A stretch of DNA of 64,000 nucleotides. It comes from Patescibacteria group bacterium (GTDB lineage Bacteria > Patescibacteriota > Patescibacteriia > 2-12-FULL-60-25). Positions 8,457 to 17,113 of this stretch are shown piece after piece (the first letter of the stretch is position 1; each line of letters starts with the position of its first letter). Position numbers and translations under genes: made by a program. The notes under the pieces were generated by a model. It saw only the letters and a program-made list of their open reading frames with translations. It did no database searches and was not told the DNA's origin. The DNA is taken from positions 35,309 through 99,308 of the forward strand of contig JAGOTP010000002.1 in NCBI GenBank assembly GCA_018061755.1. The letters run 5' to 3'.

Positions 8457-9677
8457 ATGACACAACCGAACGACGGAACACCACAGAGAGGCGCGGGACA
8501 TCAAACCGCGCAAGACGGAGCACCCGCTCCGAAACAACCGCAGCAACCGCCCTACTTCGAGCCCGATGCGGACGCGGGAACACCGCTGCCCACGGGACAC
8601 GAGTACGACAACATTCACATCGATGCCATCCCGCCGGAGTTCCAGTACTCGGAAGCAGTCAGACGACGGAGGGAGCGTCGGGATGAAAGGACAGGAAAGC
8701 CCCTTCCACCGGTTCCAGTGAGGTCAGAACGACCGACGGAACCCGGCGGGGAGCGGCGCGACCCCGCCCCGCCGACGGCCGCAGCCCAACCTCCGTCAAC
8801 GGTCCCCACCCTGGTCGGTACCCCGGGTCACACCCCTGGTGCCGGCGCGACGGTCATGCTGAACGAAACGCCCCGAGTCCCTCACGTCGAAGCCTCCCAC
8901 GGCCCGCCTCAGAACCAGGGATGGGGAGGAGCGGTGTCCGCACAGAGCGGTCCGTTCGGGCAGACTCAGCAGCCCTGGCGGGCGCCCCAGCTCCAGCCGA
9001 CACCGCCGTCGCAGACCCTTCCGGCCACGGTCGGACCTCCCGCAACAGCGGCAACGCTCTGGGCGCCGCCGCCCCCGCAGGAGGCGCCGCCGCCTGCGGC
9101 ACCCGCCGCTCCCCCGGCGACGAGCGATGCCTCGCGTGAGAGCACGCAACCGCCCCCGCCCCCCGACGAGGGGTGGCGACTCTCCGTCGCGATCGGCATG
9201 TTCATGCTCGTGATCGCAGCGCTGGTGCTCACTCTCCATACCCGGGCTGCCTGGTACGACCGAAAGGTCGGCAACCCCGGCCGCTGGATCGCCGACCAGA
9301 TCGACGCGCGACGGGTGCCGGAACGCCCGGGCACGACCCACACCGACGCCGAACGACGCGCCGATGAGGCCAGCCGCGCGGCCGAGGCGCAGGCGCGAGC
9401 CATGCGCCAACGAGCAAACGAGGCGCAGCGACGGGTGGCGACGGGTCGCCCCCAGCGAGCCGCTCCCACCCCGCGCTCCGCGCCGACCCCGGTCACGGCC
9501 CCGCCGCCGACCCCCGTGCCGGCACCCATCCCGACGGCCCTGCCCCAGTGCAAGACCTGGGGCCAGCTGATCGACGAGGGACGAGCGGCCAACCCGGCAC
9601 CGTACCTCTACGCAAGGGGGCTGACTCGCCCTCAAGACGCTACCCGCGACACCGTGCTCTGTCGTAGCCCCAACTGA
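8457..9677 (+). CDS. Hypothetical proline-rich single-pass membrane protein (GC-rich island 3)
   Basis: The ORF 8346..9677 is trimmed to ATG 8457, preceded by TAAGGAGGG. It has a long Pro/Ala/Gln-rich N-terminal half, one hydrophobic helix (WRLSVAIGMFMLVIAALVLTL), and a charged Ala/Arg/Glu-rich segment. Confidence 0.65.
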   Translation: MTQPNDGTPQRGAGHQTAQDGAPAPKQPQQPPYFEPDADAGTPLPTGHEYDNIHIDAIPPEFQYSEAVRRRRERRDERTGKPLPPVPVRSERPTEPGGERRDPAPPTAAAQPPSTVPTLVGTPGHTPGAGATVMLNETPRVPHVEASHGPPQNQGWGGAVSAQSGPFGQTQQPWRAPQLQPTPPSQTLPATVGPPATAATLWAPPPPQEAPPPAAPAAPPATSDASRESTQPPPPPDEGWRLSVAIGMFMLVIAALVLTLHTRAAWYDRKVGNPGRWIADQIDARRVPERPGTTHTDAERRADEASRAAEAQARAMRQRANEAQRRVATGRPQRAAPTPRSAPTPVTAPPPTPVPAPIPTALPQCKTWGQLIDEGRAANPAPYLYARGLTRPQDATRDTVLCRSPN

Positions 9678-9728
9678 GCAGAGCGCCCCGCCCCTTCGAC
9701 CCTTCACCATCCCCCTCTCACTACAGAC

Positions 9729-9785
9729 AGCGCCCGGCCGAGCCACACATTCGTGGAGCTCTCGCCGGGCGCTTATCTGTTTTAT
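9729..9785. terminator. Bidirectional hairpin terminator
   Basis: AGCGCCCGGC (9729-9738) pairs with GCCGGGCGCT (9764-9773), followed by TATCTGTTTT. It lies between convergent genes. Confidence 0.55.
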
Positions 9786-9795
9786 GCGTTTTTCT

Positions 9796-10584
9796 TTACA
9801 GCACTTCGAACGTCACAGACACGTGCGACATAACGTCCAAAGATCCCGTCTGAATGGATGGCATCGACTGGGCAGTATCACTCGCCACTTCAAGCGTGCG
9901 GTACATGACTGGCATAGGCGATGGATTATTCGACGTTTCACTAAAGGTTACGACCCGTCCGATTTTCACACCAAGCACACCAGACAAGGCTTTAGCTTTC
10001 TTGCGAGCATCTTGCAACGCCTCCAAACGCGCTTCTTGATTCAACGAACTTGGATCATCGATGGTGAAGGTTGGTCCGTTGACTTGATTGCCACCAAGTT
10101 GGCCAACTCGCGTCAACAGATCGCCAATTTTCGATAAGTCACGTACTTTCACCGAGATATTTTGTGAGACCTGGTAGCCAGAGACTTTGGACGTGCCATC
10201 TTTGTAGTCATATTTTGGATTGATCGAGTACTGGCTCGTCTGAATATCTTTCTCTTGAACGTTCAAGGCTTTCACGGCATCGATCATGGCGTTTACTTTG
10301 CGCGTATTCTCTTGCTGAATCTTGGCAACATCCGTGCCTTCGCTCAAAAGACCGAAGGAGATTTCTGCCAAAGTAGGCGTGCCGGAAACTTTGCCTTCGC
10401 CTTCGATGGTAAAGGTATCACGCACATCCGCTGGGCGACCGATCGTACGATGTGTCGCGAGTTCGTTACGTGTCTTGGCGATCAAAAAGCCAAATAAAGC
10501 GAGGAGGACAATGACACCAACGATCATAATTGGTCTGTTCGTTTGCATAGAGGCAGAACCTGAGGGGTTAGAAGGAGTAGGCAT
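9796..10584 (-). CDS. SIMPL / DUF541 family periplasmic protein
   Basis: N-terminal TM/signal anchor. Sequence is typical of 26-kDa periplasmic immunogenic protein-like families (TIEGEGKV...QVSQNISVKVRDL...GSLDVMSHVSVTFEV). Confidence 0.8.
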   Translation of the reverse strand: MPTPSNPSGSASMQTNRPIMIVGVIVLLALFGFLIAKTRNELATHRTIGRPADVRDTFTIEGEGKVSGTPTLAEISFGLLSEGTDVAKIQQENTRKVNAMIDAVKALNVQEKDIQTSQYSINPKYDYKDGTSKVSGYQVSQNISVKVRDLSKIGDLLTRVGQLGGNQVNGPTFTIDDPSSLNQEARLEALQDARKKAKALSGVLGVKIGRVVTFSETSNNPSPMPVMYRTLEVASDTAQSMPSIQTGSLDVMSHVSVTFEVL

Positions 10585-10605
10585 AATTTCAGTGAAAATA
10601 ATAAG

Positions 10606-11847
10606 TTATGTGGAACGCTTGGCACGAGCCTTCGGTGACGCACGAGGCTTCGTCTCTTCGAGAAGTGGGGCAAGCCCCGGCAGATCACCCTCCTTCGATA
10701 AGTATTCGAGCAAGGCTCCCCCACCGGTCGAGAGATGATCGAACCAAGCACTGGTTTTAGTACCAGCAATCGCCGCAAGCGTTTCACCACCACCAGCAAC
10801 GCCGTAGGCGGAACCTTTGGAACGGGCACCGACGGCACGAGCTACGAAACGGGTACCCGCACCAAAGGCTGAGACCTCGAAGAAACCGACGGGCCCATTC
10901 CAGACAAGAACCTTCGCTTCTGCGATGAGCTTACCCCAAGTTCGCAGAGTCTTCGGCCCCACATCGACAACCCGTTCATCATTTTCGATCTCATCCCAGG
11001 TTGTCACACGGTATTTTTTGAGACTGTGCACGCGAGCGACCACAACATCTTCCGGCAAGACAAGCTGACCGTACGAGACGAGGCGCTTCGCCTCACGGAA
11101 ACACTCAGGCTCCACGAACGAAGCACCGACCGCTTGACCATGAGCCGCCTTGATCGTCGTTGCCATCGCTCCGCCGACCAGAACCTGGTCAAAGCGTTGC
11201 AACAAAGTTCGCAGAAGAGGTAATTTGCTAGACAGTTTGAGCCCACCAATGACAGCTAGACGCGGACGAGGTTTATCGGCAAGAAGTTTAGACAAAGCCC
11301 TGTCTTCTTCTAATAAAGATTTGCCCGCGTAGGCTGGCAACTGCTTCGCGATTCCAACAACAGATGCATGAGCACGATGGCACGAAGCGAAGGCATCATT
11401 CACAAAAGCTGAAGCTAAAGTCGCATAAGCTTTCGCGAGCGGGAGGGTATTCTTGTCTTCCCCCGCTTCAAAGCGAACATTTTCCAAAAGATGAATCGAT
11501 CCAGGCTCGGCTTCTGCTAGCTCTGTTTGCAAATGTGCACGCTCTTTTGCAGATGATACGCGCTCTGCGTGATGCGTAAGTTTCAACTGATAGACACGCT
11601 TCAAGAGCGGAACAAGAACCGAGGTCGAGAAAGCCGGATCAACGCCTTTTGGCCGACCCAAGTGCGTCAGCAGAATGACAACCGCTTTTTTCTTTTGTAA
11701 CCATTCAATGGTTTCGAGCGAGCGTTCGATTTTAAGGGACTGTTCAGGCTTCAAGCCACCATCTAGCGGAACATTCCAGTCCACCCGCACTAACACACGC
11801 TCACCGGGCGCGAGTTTCAGGCTAGACAGAGAACGGAACGATCGCAT
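10606..11847 (-). CDS. pgk: Phosphoglycerate kinase
   Basis: The ORF is trimmed to ATG 11847. VLVRVDWNVPL...ILLTHLGRPKG...AVIGGLKLSSKL...WNGPVGFFE...GGGETLAAI are PGK signatures. Confidence 0.95.
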   Translation of the reverse strand: MRSFRSLSSLKLAPGERVLVRVDWNVPLDGGLKPEQSLKIERSLETIEWLQKKKAVVILLTHLGRPKGVDPAFSTSVLVPLLKRVYQLKLTHHAERVSSAKERAHLQTELAEAEPGSIHLLENVRFEAGEDKNTLPLAKAYATLASAFVNDAFASCHRAHASVVGIAKQLPAYAGKSLLEEDRALSKLLADKPRPRLAVIGGLKLSSKLPLLRTLLQRFDQVLVGGAMATTIKAAHGQAVGASFVEPECFREAKRLVSYGQLVLPEDVVVARVHSLKKYRVTTWDEIENDERVVDVGPKTLRTWGKLIAEAKVLVWNGPVGFFEVSAFGAGTRFVARAVGARSKGSAYGVAGGGETLAAIAGTKTSAWFDHLSTGGGALLEYLSKEGDLPGLAPLLEETKPRASPKARAKRST

Positions 11848-11885
11848 AGAAGAACTAGAGAAGAGTATAGTATACTGCAGGACAT

Positions 11886-12422
11886 ATGCGCTACACACCT
11901 ACTCTTCAGAACTACGCTCTCGCTTTGATTTGTGTGACATTGCTTGGCGCTGGTTGTGCGCAAACTTCACCTAATCCCGACACAGAACCAACAGTCAGCC
12001 CAACACCAATCTCAACGCAACCGGTCGTGACTCCAACCAGCACGTCTACTTTCCCAGAATACCCGGAGGTCGCACCTACCGTTCGGCCACGTCCTACTGA
12101 TACAGTCTGTGATGCACAAAACTTCATCTGTGTTCCACGGTCACTCGTAAACAGCCGTATCGCTTCGCCCATCACAGCCTCGGGTACAGCCATTGCCTTT
12201 GAAAGCACCTTTCAATGGAAGCTACTCAGTCCAACCAATCAGTTGATTGCGGAAGGCGTCTTGATGGCCGCGGCTCCAGATATCGGACAACCAGGGCCTT
12301 TCAACCTGTCACAAACCTTCACCATTCCAAACAGTCTTGCGACCGGTACGCTGCGTTTCTATGAATCGTCGGCCAAAGATGGCTTACCGATTCATCTTTT
12401 GAATATTCCCGTGCGTTTCTAA
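11886..12422 (+). CDS. Lipoprotein with a Gmad2-like Ig-fold C-terminal domain
   Basis: Lipobox LLGAGC, a Thr/Pro-rich linker, and a C-terminal region resembling Gmad2/GerMN-associated domains (SGTAIAFESTFQWKLL...). The domain call is from memory. Confidence 0.7.
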   Translation: MRYTPTLQNYALALICVTLLGAGCAQTSPNPDTEPTVSPTPISTQPVVTPTSTSTFPEYPEVAPTVRPRPTDTVCDAQNFICVPRSLVNSRIASPITASGTAIAFESTFQWKLLSPTNQLIAEGVLMAAAPDIGQPGPFNLSQTFTIPNSLATGTLRFYESSAKDGLPIHLLNIPVRF

Positions 12423-12582
12423 CAGCGCCCTATGTCTACCATCGCTCCTTCTCTCGACGAACAATCAGACGAACAAGACCCAAACGAATCACTCCAAGCA
12501 GCACAGGCTGCCTTGGAGGAGTTGGATACACTCATAGACACTCCAGAGGAGGAGGTCTAAACCCGTAGCACCGATCTTTCTT

Positions 12583-13794
12583 ATGCCATTTGAGAGCTTC
12601 GTCCCCCAAGCGCCTCCGCCTCACAAAACGCTAGATACATTATCTGATGCGCAACGAGCGAGTGAGCGACCAACGAACGTAAATACGTTTCCTCCCGTGG
12701 ATCGGAGGGATGTTTTGCGAGCGACTCAGGAACACGGACAAGAAGAGATCGATGAAGCGCTCGCAGCGTCCGTCGCGCAGAGTCTTGATGGCGTCGAAAA
12801 ACGCTTACCTGAGGCAATCGCAGTCGCTTCACCAGCTAGACGAAAGGCTCTGGCTGAAGGCTTGAGCCGAGCACAGATCGTGATCGCTTCAGCCGTCTTG
12901 AGTCTCGCCACGGCACTGGGTGGTGCTTGGTTATCTCAAAAGACAAACCCTGAAGAACGGGCGAGCTCAGTCACTTCAAGCCAGGGTCTCGAAAGATTGA
13001 GAAATAAAATTGTTGACGCTAAAGAAGACATGTCACCGCCAGTGACACCGCCCGAACTAGTCGAACCCGTGATCGATGCTGCTGGTGAAGGCCTAGCCCG
13101 TTCTTGGCGCAGTGGGAAAATCCTTCCCGGATCCGCTATCGATACAGTCATCCGAGATACAGCTCAACAACTTTACGCCGCCGGACAAGTACCAACAGCT
13201 ATCAACCGAGAAAAGCTGATTGACTCACTGCGTGAACGCGCCGCACAAACAGTCATGGGAGACGTAACGCAGCCCCTAGAACGACGAACTGAGCTATTGG
13301 ACGCAATTCAAGAGGAAGAAAGCGCACCCGAGGTTTCCTATGCCTTTCTAGCGGCCAAGCATGAAGGCACAGATCGTGTCACGCAGCTCCTCTATCGCGC
13401 CTTTGACCCCGCCCTAGGAGAAACGAGGACAACGCAACAAATACTCGCCTGGCGCTTTCTTGGTCAAAGAGATTTATCGAGAGAGTTAATCGAAGAAATC
13501 ACCCACCATCAGAGCATCCATCGAGGGCTCGTAGCTGGCCTGATCGAACAACGGAATAGCCTAATGACAGAAGCCATGAGAAGAGCACTTACGCTACAAA
13601 ATAATGCTGATACCCTCTCAGACGACGAGGTAAATACATTGAGACAAGAAAGAGCGCATGACATGGCAGAATATTTACGCGTCTCTCATCTTCTTGATCA
13701 ATTGATGCCGCATGTAGGACAAGACGATCAACACGAAGAAACAAGACATCACCACCGATCCCGAACCGGCAGACACGCACGTCATCGCCCTTAA
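12583..13794 (+). CDS. Hypothetical membrane-anchored protein with an Arg/His-rich C-terminal tail
   Basis: 403-aa ORF with one hydrophobic helix (IVIASAVLSLATALGGAWL). The tail is TRHHHRSRTGRHARHRP. No domain recognised. Confidence 0.6.
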   Translation: MPFESFVPQAPPPHKTLDTLSDAQRASERPTNVNTFPPVDRRDVLRATQEHGQEEIDEALAASVAQSLDGVEKRLPEAIAVASPARRKALAEGLSRAQIVIASAVLSLATALGGAWLSQKTNPEERASSVTSSQGLERLRNKIVDAKEDMSPPVTPPELVEPVIDAAGEGLARSWRSGKILPGSAIDTVIRDTAQQLYAAGQVPTAINREKLIDSLRERAAQTVMGDVTQPLERRTELLDAIQEEESAPEVSYAFLAAKHEGTDRVTQLLYRAFDPALGETRTTQQILAWRFLGQRDLSRELIEEITHHQSIHRGLVAGLIEQRNSLMTEAMRRALTLQNNADTLSDDEVNTLRQERAHDMAEYLRVSHLLDQLMPHVGQDDQHEETRHHHRSRTGRHARHRP

Positions 13795-13880
13795 TCCCTG
13801 TCAGATCACTAGACCAACAGAAGACTCTCTGCCACGCAGAGATAAACCCTACGGTCGCACCACGTGAACACCATCAACTA

Positions 13881-13910
13881 AAAACACCAGCTTGAAGGCT
13901 GGTGTTTTTA
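13881..13910 (+). terminator. Rho-independent terminator
   Basis: AAAACACCAGC-TTGAA-GGCTGGTGTTTTT, a perfect hairpin with a T-run. Confidence 0.6.
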
Positions 13911-13912
13911 CG

Positions 13913-13989
13913 TGGTGGGCGTGGATGGAGTCGAACCATCGACCTTTACATTATCAGTGTAACGCTCTAACCAACTGAGCTACACGCCC
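13913..13989 (-). tRNA. tRNA-Ile (anticodon GAU), CCA encoded
   Basis: The reverse complement folds by hand as GGGCGTG/TA/GCTC-AGTTGGTTA-GAGC/G/TTACA-CTGATAA-TGTAA/AGGTC/GATGG-TTCGACT-CCATC/CACGCCC/A/CCA. Confidence 0.9.
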
Positions 13990-14079
13990 GCAATGAATTG
14001 TCTTTGGCGGAACTAAAATACCGGATCCCCAGAACCTTGGCAAGACAGATTCATCAATACGAGCCTTCTAGGCCCGATT

Positions 14080-14814
14080 TTAGCCAAACAACTCCTTTTT
14101 CAGGCGCGTTTTGACCTCAATCCCCTTCGCCGCCAAAACGGCTGAAACTTGTTCCATAAAGGCTTCTGGGCCACACATCATGTAGACCGTTCCCTCCTCA
14201 TCTTGGCAATGCTTGTCAAACATCAATTGGTCAAAACGCCCCGTCTCTCCGTTCCACTCACTGGAAACATCGCCGCCTGTCAGTGTACAGACAGACTTGA
14301 AGGTTGGTGCTTGCAAGGCAAAATCGTCCAACTCCTCAAAGAAGACCGACTCTTCAATGAACCGATTAGAGTAGAACAAAACCATCTCGATCGGCAGCTG
14401 ACGCCCCAAGATCTCCCGAATGATGCTGCGGAACGGCGCAATTCCGATTCCACCCGCAAACATCACAACCTTAGTCGCCTTTTCAGGCAAAACAAACACA
14501 CCGAACGGCCCTTGAATGCCAACCACATCCCCCGGCTGCAATTGCCCAGCTTTTTTTGTGAAATCTTTCTCCATTTTTACCGCCAGCTGAAGCGTTTCTT
14601 TGGATTCAACCGGGGCGGATGCAATTGAAAAAGCCGCTCGACCCCAGGAAGAGCCGTCCTGATTCAACAGATGAAGATAGACCCACTGACCAGCCAAAAA
14701 CGCCAAAGGCGTCCCCTGTTCAGGCTTGAGTTTAAGCGTAAAGACGTTCACGCTCTCCCACACCAATTCTTCGACGACATAGCGATTGACCTGCAAAACA
14801 GTTGGGACGCTCAT
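14080..14814 (-). CDS. FNR-like oxidoreductase (FAD-binding FR-type plus NAD(P)-binding domains)
   Basis: RAAFSIASAP (RxYS-like FAD motif), GPFG and MFAGGIGIAPFRS (NAD(P) Rossmann) are typical of the ferredoxin-NADP reductase / PyrK-like family. Confidence 0.8.
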   Translation of the reverse strand: MSVPTVLQVNRYVVEELVWESVNVFTLKLKPEQGTPLAFLAGQWVYLHLLNQDGSSWGRAAFSIASAPVESKETLQLAVKMEKDFTKKAGQLQPGDVVGIQGPFGVFVLPEKATKVVMFAGGIGIAPFRSIIREILGRQLPIEMVLFYSNRFIEESVFFEELDDFALQAPTFKSVCTLTGGDVSSEWNGETGRFDQLMFDKHCQDEEGTVYMMCGPEAFMEQVSAVLAAKGIEVKTRLKKELFG

Positions 14815-14876
14815 AGGAATGGAAAGAGTGTATCAGCTCAACTGATCTGCGACAAAGTCCATTCAAGGAATTTTAA

Positions 14877-14902
14877 TAGGGAGCCCTGAGGTGGGCTCCC
14901 TA
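14877..14902 (-). terminator. Perfect 10-bp hairpin downstream of the island-4 ORF
   Basis: TAGGGAGCCC (14877-14886) pairs with GGGCTCCCTA (14893-14902), with a 6-nt loop. Confidence 0.5.
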
Positions 14903-14944
14903 TGATCGGGCAGTCGGCCCCGATCTGCCAGTTCCTGGATCCGC

Positions 14945-15304
14945 CTACCAGATCATCTCGACACCGGCCTTGACCACGGCCTTCTCGAGGAGGCGGCAGG
15001 TCCACTCGAAGTCGGAGCTCGCAGGATACTCGACCTCGACGCCGTTCGCCTCGATCATCCTGACGACCCCTCTGATCCAGTCGTGATCCTTCACTTCGTA
15101 CTGCCGGTCTCGCCAGTGCACCCGACCCTCGCGCTCAGCCCTCTCGACGATGCTGATGAGCTCAGGACTAAGCAATAGAAACACTGCCGACTTCTGGAGA
15201 TAGAAGGCGAAGAAGGAAGCGTGAAGGCTCGGCACGCTGATGTCACCCTCTCGAAGACCGCGATCCACGATGCCGAACGAGAACACGAGAAGAGGCTTGG
15301 CCAT
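14945..15304 (-). CDS. Hypothetical 119-aa protein (GC-rich island 4)
   Basis: ATG at 15304 preceded by GGGAGGG. GC3 bias is strong. No signal peptide and no recognised domain. Confidence 0.65.
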   Translation of the reverse strand: MAKPLLVFSFGIVDRGLREGDISVPSLHASFFAFYLQKSAVFLLLSPELISIVERAEREGRVHWRDRQYEVKDHDWIRGVVRMIEANGVEVEYPASSDFEWTCRLLEKAVVKAGVEMIW

Positions 15305-15447
15305 GATTAGGCCCTCCCACTAGATGCATTGATTGATGGTGCGGCTGATGACAACCGCGATGGAACGACACAGAGACTGACAATCAGTGAAATCTCACCG
15401 ATTCTCAACCCGATCTCGGCCCATACCAGGGAACAAAACAACCGTAG

Positions 15448-15475
15448 ATAATAGCTTATTTTAGGATTTTGTCAA
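15448..15475 (-). promoter_or_regulatory. Sigma70-like promoter (TTGACA-16-TATTAT) for the island-4 ORF
   Basis: The reverse strand reads TTATTGACAAAATCCTAAAATAAGCTATTAT. It sits immediately downstream of the ppa terminator. Confidence 0.45.
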
Positions 15476-15495
15476 TAACCTCACTCTTTTATTAC

Positions 15496-15528
15496 AAATA
15501 AGCCCAGAAATTGATTCTGGGCTTATTT
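15496..15528 (-). terminator. Rho-independent terminator of ppa
   Basis: AAATAAGCCCAGAA / TTCTGGGCTTATTT, a 14-bp perfect stem with a 5-nt loop and a T-rich tail on the minus strand. Confidence 0.6.
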
Positions 15529-15549
15529 GAGCGATTTTAGACGTACCGT

Positions 15550-16101
15550 TTAGGCTGTATGTTCTTCGTTCTTGTACGCATCCATCGACTTCTGGATCAC
15601 TGCCTTCGCTTCTTCCACGTCCTTGAAGCCTTCGATCACGATCTTGTCATACTTGGCTTTTTCGAGCTTTTTGTATTCCTTGAAGTAGATCAAAAACTCT
15701 TCACGAACATGAGCTGGCAAGTCTTCGATCGTTTGGATTTCCTCAAAGCGTGGATCAACCTTTGTGACAGGCACCGCGATGATTTTGTCATCCGATCCAT
15801 CTTGGTCAGAGGTGCGAAGCAAGCCGATGGCACGAGCCTTAACAACACAGCCCGGGAAGGTGTTGTGCGTCAAAAGCAAACAGACATCGAGCGCATCGCC
15901 ATCACCAGAGTGGGTCTGTGGGACGAAACCGTAGTCAAATGGGTAGAAAGTCGACTGATGCAACACGCGGTCGAGTTTGAAGTAGCCACCTTCCTCATCG
16001 TACTCAATCTTGTTCGAGGTACCCTTCACAACTTCCACAACAACATTAAACGTCTCTGGCGTTCCGCACGGGACTTGATGGTAAAGGTTGATGCCTTGCA
16101 T
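15550..16101 (-). CDS. ppa: Inorganic pyrophosphatase (family I)
   Basis: VVEVVKGTSNKIEYDEE...YPFDYGFVPQT...DGDALDV...DDKIIAV are the classic PPase motifs. Confidence 0.95.
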   Translation of the reverse strand: MQGINLYHQVPCGTPETFNVVVEVVKGTSNKIEYDEEGGYFKLDRVLHQSTFYPFDYGFVPQTHSGDGDALDVCLLLTHNTFPGCVVKARAIGLLRTSDQDGSDDKIIAVPVTKVDPRFEEIQTIEDLPAHVREEFLIYFKEYKKLEKAKYDKIVIEGFKDVEEAKAVIQKSMDAYKNEEHTA

Positions 16102-16108
16102 AGTGGAC

Positions 16109-17074
16109 TTAGGCTAGCGAATTCTCATTTCCTTGTCGAGATTCAATATCGAGCACCACGATTTCCGGTCGAGCTCCGAGCCTGGCTCGCACCAAGGCTT
16201 CGCCAATGCCTCGAGAGATGATGATCCTTAAATTTTTCCAAGCTTTTTCACCGGCATCGAGCCATTGAGGAGCAGATTGTGGTAAACCCGTGATTGGACC
16301 ATAGACGGGCAAACGAATCTGGCCACCATGCGTATGTCCCAGCAAAACGACATCAGCACAACCTTCAGGCAAATCAAGCAAGATGTCCGGTTCATGAGCG
16401 ATCAATACTCTCAGCCCCGTCTTAGACTTCTCTACTAACGCCACATCGGGTTGGCCATACCAAGAATCATCCAAGCCCACTAGCTCGAATTCAGCCTCTC
16501 CATTCAAAGGAAGCTTCACACTGCGATTCGTTAGATCTTTCAAGCCGTGCCTTAGAAGCCAGGTTTGGAGTCGCTTAGGATCATCAAAAAAATCATGGTT
16601 GCCTAGTACAAACCAAGTACCCAGGCGGGGCTTAAGCCCAAGGAGGGACGTTAACGCCTCGGCTGCATCCGTTGATTCGTCAACCAGGTCGCCGCCAAAG
16701 ACGAGAAGATCCGGTTCGAGCATCTCCACACGTCTAGCAATGTGATCGTAAAAGCGCTGAGATTTTTTCAGACCAGCGTGTAAATCTGAGAGAAAAACCA
16801 AGCGAACTGGCTTCGTTTCAGATATCTTCTGGTCAGCTACCCCTTCTCGACCTGCTCCAACCGAATATTTTTTTATCTGTACTAAACGCGGCTCAATTAA
16901 ACCTCCGTATAACAATATCCCAGCACCGATCACGCCAACGATCCCCAGCAGAATCAAATCAAAACGCCAACTCAACAATACTAACAAAATACAAGTCACT
17001 ACCATGACCCAATACAGAACCTCTAAGAATGCCTGCTTCCAGCTGGGCGCGTGTAAATTGACTGATCGTGACAT
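16109..17074 (-). CDS. Membrane-anchored metallophosphoesterase
   Basis: N-terminal TM helices, then LSDLHAG, GGDLVDE, LGNHD and GHTHGGQ, which are calcineurin-like phosphoesterase motifs. Confidence 0.85.
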   Translation of the reverse strand: MSRSVNLHAPSWKQAFLEVLYWVMVVTCILLVLLSWRFDLILLGIVGVIGAGILLYGGLIEPRLVQIKKYSVGAGREGVADQKISETKPVRLVFLSDLHAGLKKSQRFYDHIARRVEMLEPDLLVFGGDLVDESTDAAEALTSLLGLKPRLGTWFVLGNHDFFDDPKRLQTWLLRHGLKDLTNRSVKLPLNGEAEFELVGLDDSWYGQPDVALVEKSKTGLRVLIAHEPDILLDLPEGCADVVLLGHTHGGQIRLPVYGPITGLPQSAPQWLDAGEKAWKNLRIIISRGIGEALVRARLGARPEIVVLDIESRQGNENSLA

Positions 17075-17113
17075 GAGAGATGCGGACTAAAACTACTTAC
17101 CACGAGTTATCGG

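Noticed and set aside
8796-9746. 316-aa antisense ORF, and others, across the proline-rich gene.
   Set aside because: The translations are Arg/Gly-rich nonsense and lack translation signals. The sense ORF has TAAGGAGGG plus an ATG and a TM helix.
12433-12537. 34-codon ORF between the lipoprotein gene and ORF 12583..13794.
   Set aside because: It is too short, has no SD and no recognisable peptide family, so it is not reported as a gene.
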